This document shows, piece after piece, positions 63,140 to 64,000 of a stretch of 64,000 bases of DNA (positions are counted from its first letter, which is position 1; every line of letters starts with the position of its first letter). The notes beneath the pieces were generated by a model that saw only the letters and a list, made by a program, of their open reading frames with translations, did no database searches and was not told the DNA's origin. Source of the DNA: Patescibacteria group bacterium (GTDB lineage Bacteria > Patescibacteriota > Patescibacteriia > JAHIZJ01). Location: the NCBI GenBank assembly GCA_028714495.1, contig JAQTMH010000002.1:7219-71218 (forward strand). The letters run 5' to 3'. Both the position numbers and the translations under genes were made by a program.

Positions 63140-63559
63140 TTATTTCTTCATTTTTAAGTACAGCCATTCCCGCGCCATTTCCGACTGCTCAAAGAATTTC
63201 AGCTTACCGGTCTCTTTCGTGGTTGCCAGCAATAGCTTGCGAATGGCCACCTGAAAGGTGTGGCCCGCTTTCAGCACGGCAGTTCTTAAGATTCTGTCGC
63301 TCTTTAACAGATCAGAGAACAGCTCATTCAGCGCTAGGGCTTCTTTCTGGCTGACCGCCACCTTGCTCATGTCCACCAGCGCCGACCAAAAGGCGTTTGG
63401 GAATTGCTCCTTAAGCTTGGCCAGCTCGCCCCGGAACCAAAGCAGTTCAGCTAGAGCGCTATCCTGGCTGTTTCTATCTGGACCCAGCTTCAATTCAATG
63501 ATATTCTGAGCTTCCAATCGCATCGTGCTTTGGGTCTCGGGACAAGTGCTTAAAGGCAT
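63140..63559 (-). CDS. Hypothetical protein (possible STAS-like fold, very tentative)
   Basis: 139 aa. C-terminal KLLLATTKETGKLKFFEQSEMAREWL loosely resembles the STAS-domain C-terminus. Immediately downstream of rpmG. Confidence 0.35.
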   Translation of the reverse strand: MPLSTCPETQSTMRLEAQNIIELKLGPDRNSQDSALAELLWFRGELAKLKEQFPNAFWSALVDMSKVAVSQKEALALNELFSDLLKSDRILRTAVLKAGHTFQVAIRKLLLATTKETGKLKFFEQSEMAREWLYLKMKK

Positions 63560-63564
63560 AAAAG

Positions 63565-63720
63565 CTATTTTGTTTCTTTATGCAAAGTGTGTTTCTTGCA
63601 TTGTTTGCAGTACTTCTTGAGCGACAGCCGGTTCTTTAAAACCTTTTTGTTCTTGCGCGAATTGTAATTTACTTTTTTACACTCGGTGCATTCGAGTTTG
63701 ATAAGATTATCCTGTGACAT
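63565..63720 (-). CDS. rpmG: 50S ribosomal protein L33 (zinc-binding type)
   Basis: My translation [51 protein letters not shown] matches the bL33 pattern (C.EC..NY...KNK....L.LKKYC..C.KHT.H.E.K). Not in the ORF track (<60 aa). Confidence 0.8.
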   Translation of the reverse strand: MSQDNLIKLECTECKKVNYNSRKNKKVLKNRLSLKKYCKQCKKHTLHKETK

Positions 63721-63783
63721 CGTTTTCTTTCATTTATATTATTAATTTATGTAATTGAATCGTTGCCCCGCCTGCCGATCGCC

Positions 63784-63859
63784 TGGAGCCGATGGTCGGA
63801 TTCGAACCGACGACCTACTGTTTACAAAACAGTTGCTCTACCAACTGAGCTACATCGGC
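63784..63859 (-). tRNA. tRNA-Thr (anticodon UGU)
   Basis: Reverse complement GCCGATG-TA-GCTC-AGTTGGTA-GAGC-A-ACTGT-TTTGTAA-ACAGT-AGGTC-GTCGG-TTCGAAT-CCGAC-CATCGGC-T-CCA is a 76-nt cloverleaf with encoded CCA. Confidence 0.85.
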
Positions 63860-63860
63860 G

Positions 63861-63905
63861 CTCGGCGACTGGCGGGCGGGTCTACCAACTGAGCTACTCC
63901 GGCAA
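63861..63905 (-). repeat. Partial tRNA 5' half (acceptor plus D-arm: GCCGGAGTAGCTCAGTTGGTAGA) duplicated immediately upstream of tRNA-Thr; tRNA fragment / pseudo-tRNA
   Basis: Near-identical to the first 24 nt of tRNA-Thr, then diverges (CCCGCCCGCCAGTCGCCGAGC). No anticodon or T arm. Confidence 0.3.
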
Positions 63906-64000
63906 ATGGCTTTTGTGAGACAAGCCACAACTAACCAATTAACCAATAAACTAATTAACTAATTAACAAATCATATTACTTCAAGTCTTGCCATTATGTC

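Noticed and set aside
1-64000. CRISPR array / cas genes, rRNA genes, transposases or integrases
   Set aside because: No regularly spaced direct repeats with unique spacers. No rRNA-like conserved stretches. No ORF with transposase/integrase motifs. Only an orphan Cas4-like nuclease and tRNA-end fragments hint at mobile or defence history.

Overview
The window looks like a small-genome, AT-leaning bacterial chromosome segment. I infer a Patescibacteria/CPR-like organism from gene content: archaeal-type UMP kinase, many short hypothetical proteins, and secreted FG-GAP/L,D-transpeptidase proteins. Most genes are on the minus strand. Housekeeping genes I recognise include secA, typA/bipA, truB, rplJ-rplL, rpmG, hpf, mutM, rarA, uppS, uppP, a polyprenyl synthase, pyrH, mltG, pgeF, pcm, tsaB-like, hup and a nitroreductase. 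There are two ABC transporter pairs (ABC-2 type and MacB/FtsX type). There are three intact tRNAs, all on the minus strand: Pro-CGG, Trp-CCA and Thr-UGU. The Trp and Thr genes are flanked by tRNA-end fragments. The window also holds a three-gene polyamine operon of a SpeA-type arginine decarboxylase, a deoxyhypusine-synthase-like protein and an agmatinase. The arginine decarboxylase ATG-start call is clearly N-terminally truncated. There are three tandem NUDIX hydrolases and two paralogous FG-GAP plus L,D-transpeptidase secreted proteins. There is a secreted SNase-plus-Excalibur nuclease, an ATP-cone plus Mrr-like endonuclease fusion next to a HEPN-like protein, and a PP2C-TM-beta-propeller protein. 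Several short segments are visibly more G+C-rich than the AT-leaning background (by eye; I could not compute this). They carry hypothetical genes, overlapping antisense ORFs and strongly structured non-coding stretches. These are the most likely places for accessory or unrecognised functions. I could not assign the structured RNAs to a family by eye. Two well-delimited Cys-rich micropeptide genes (15 aa and 33 aa), each with its own promoter and intrinsic terminator, are the most unusual coding features. The 33-aa one is metallothionein-like. No CRISPR array, rRNA, transposase or integrase gene was seen.
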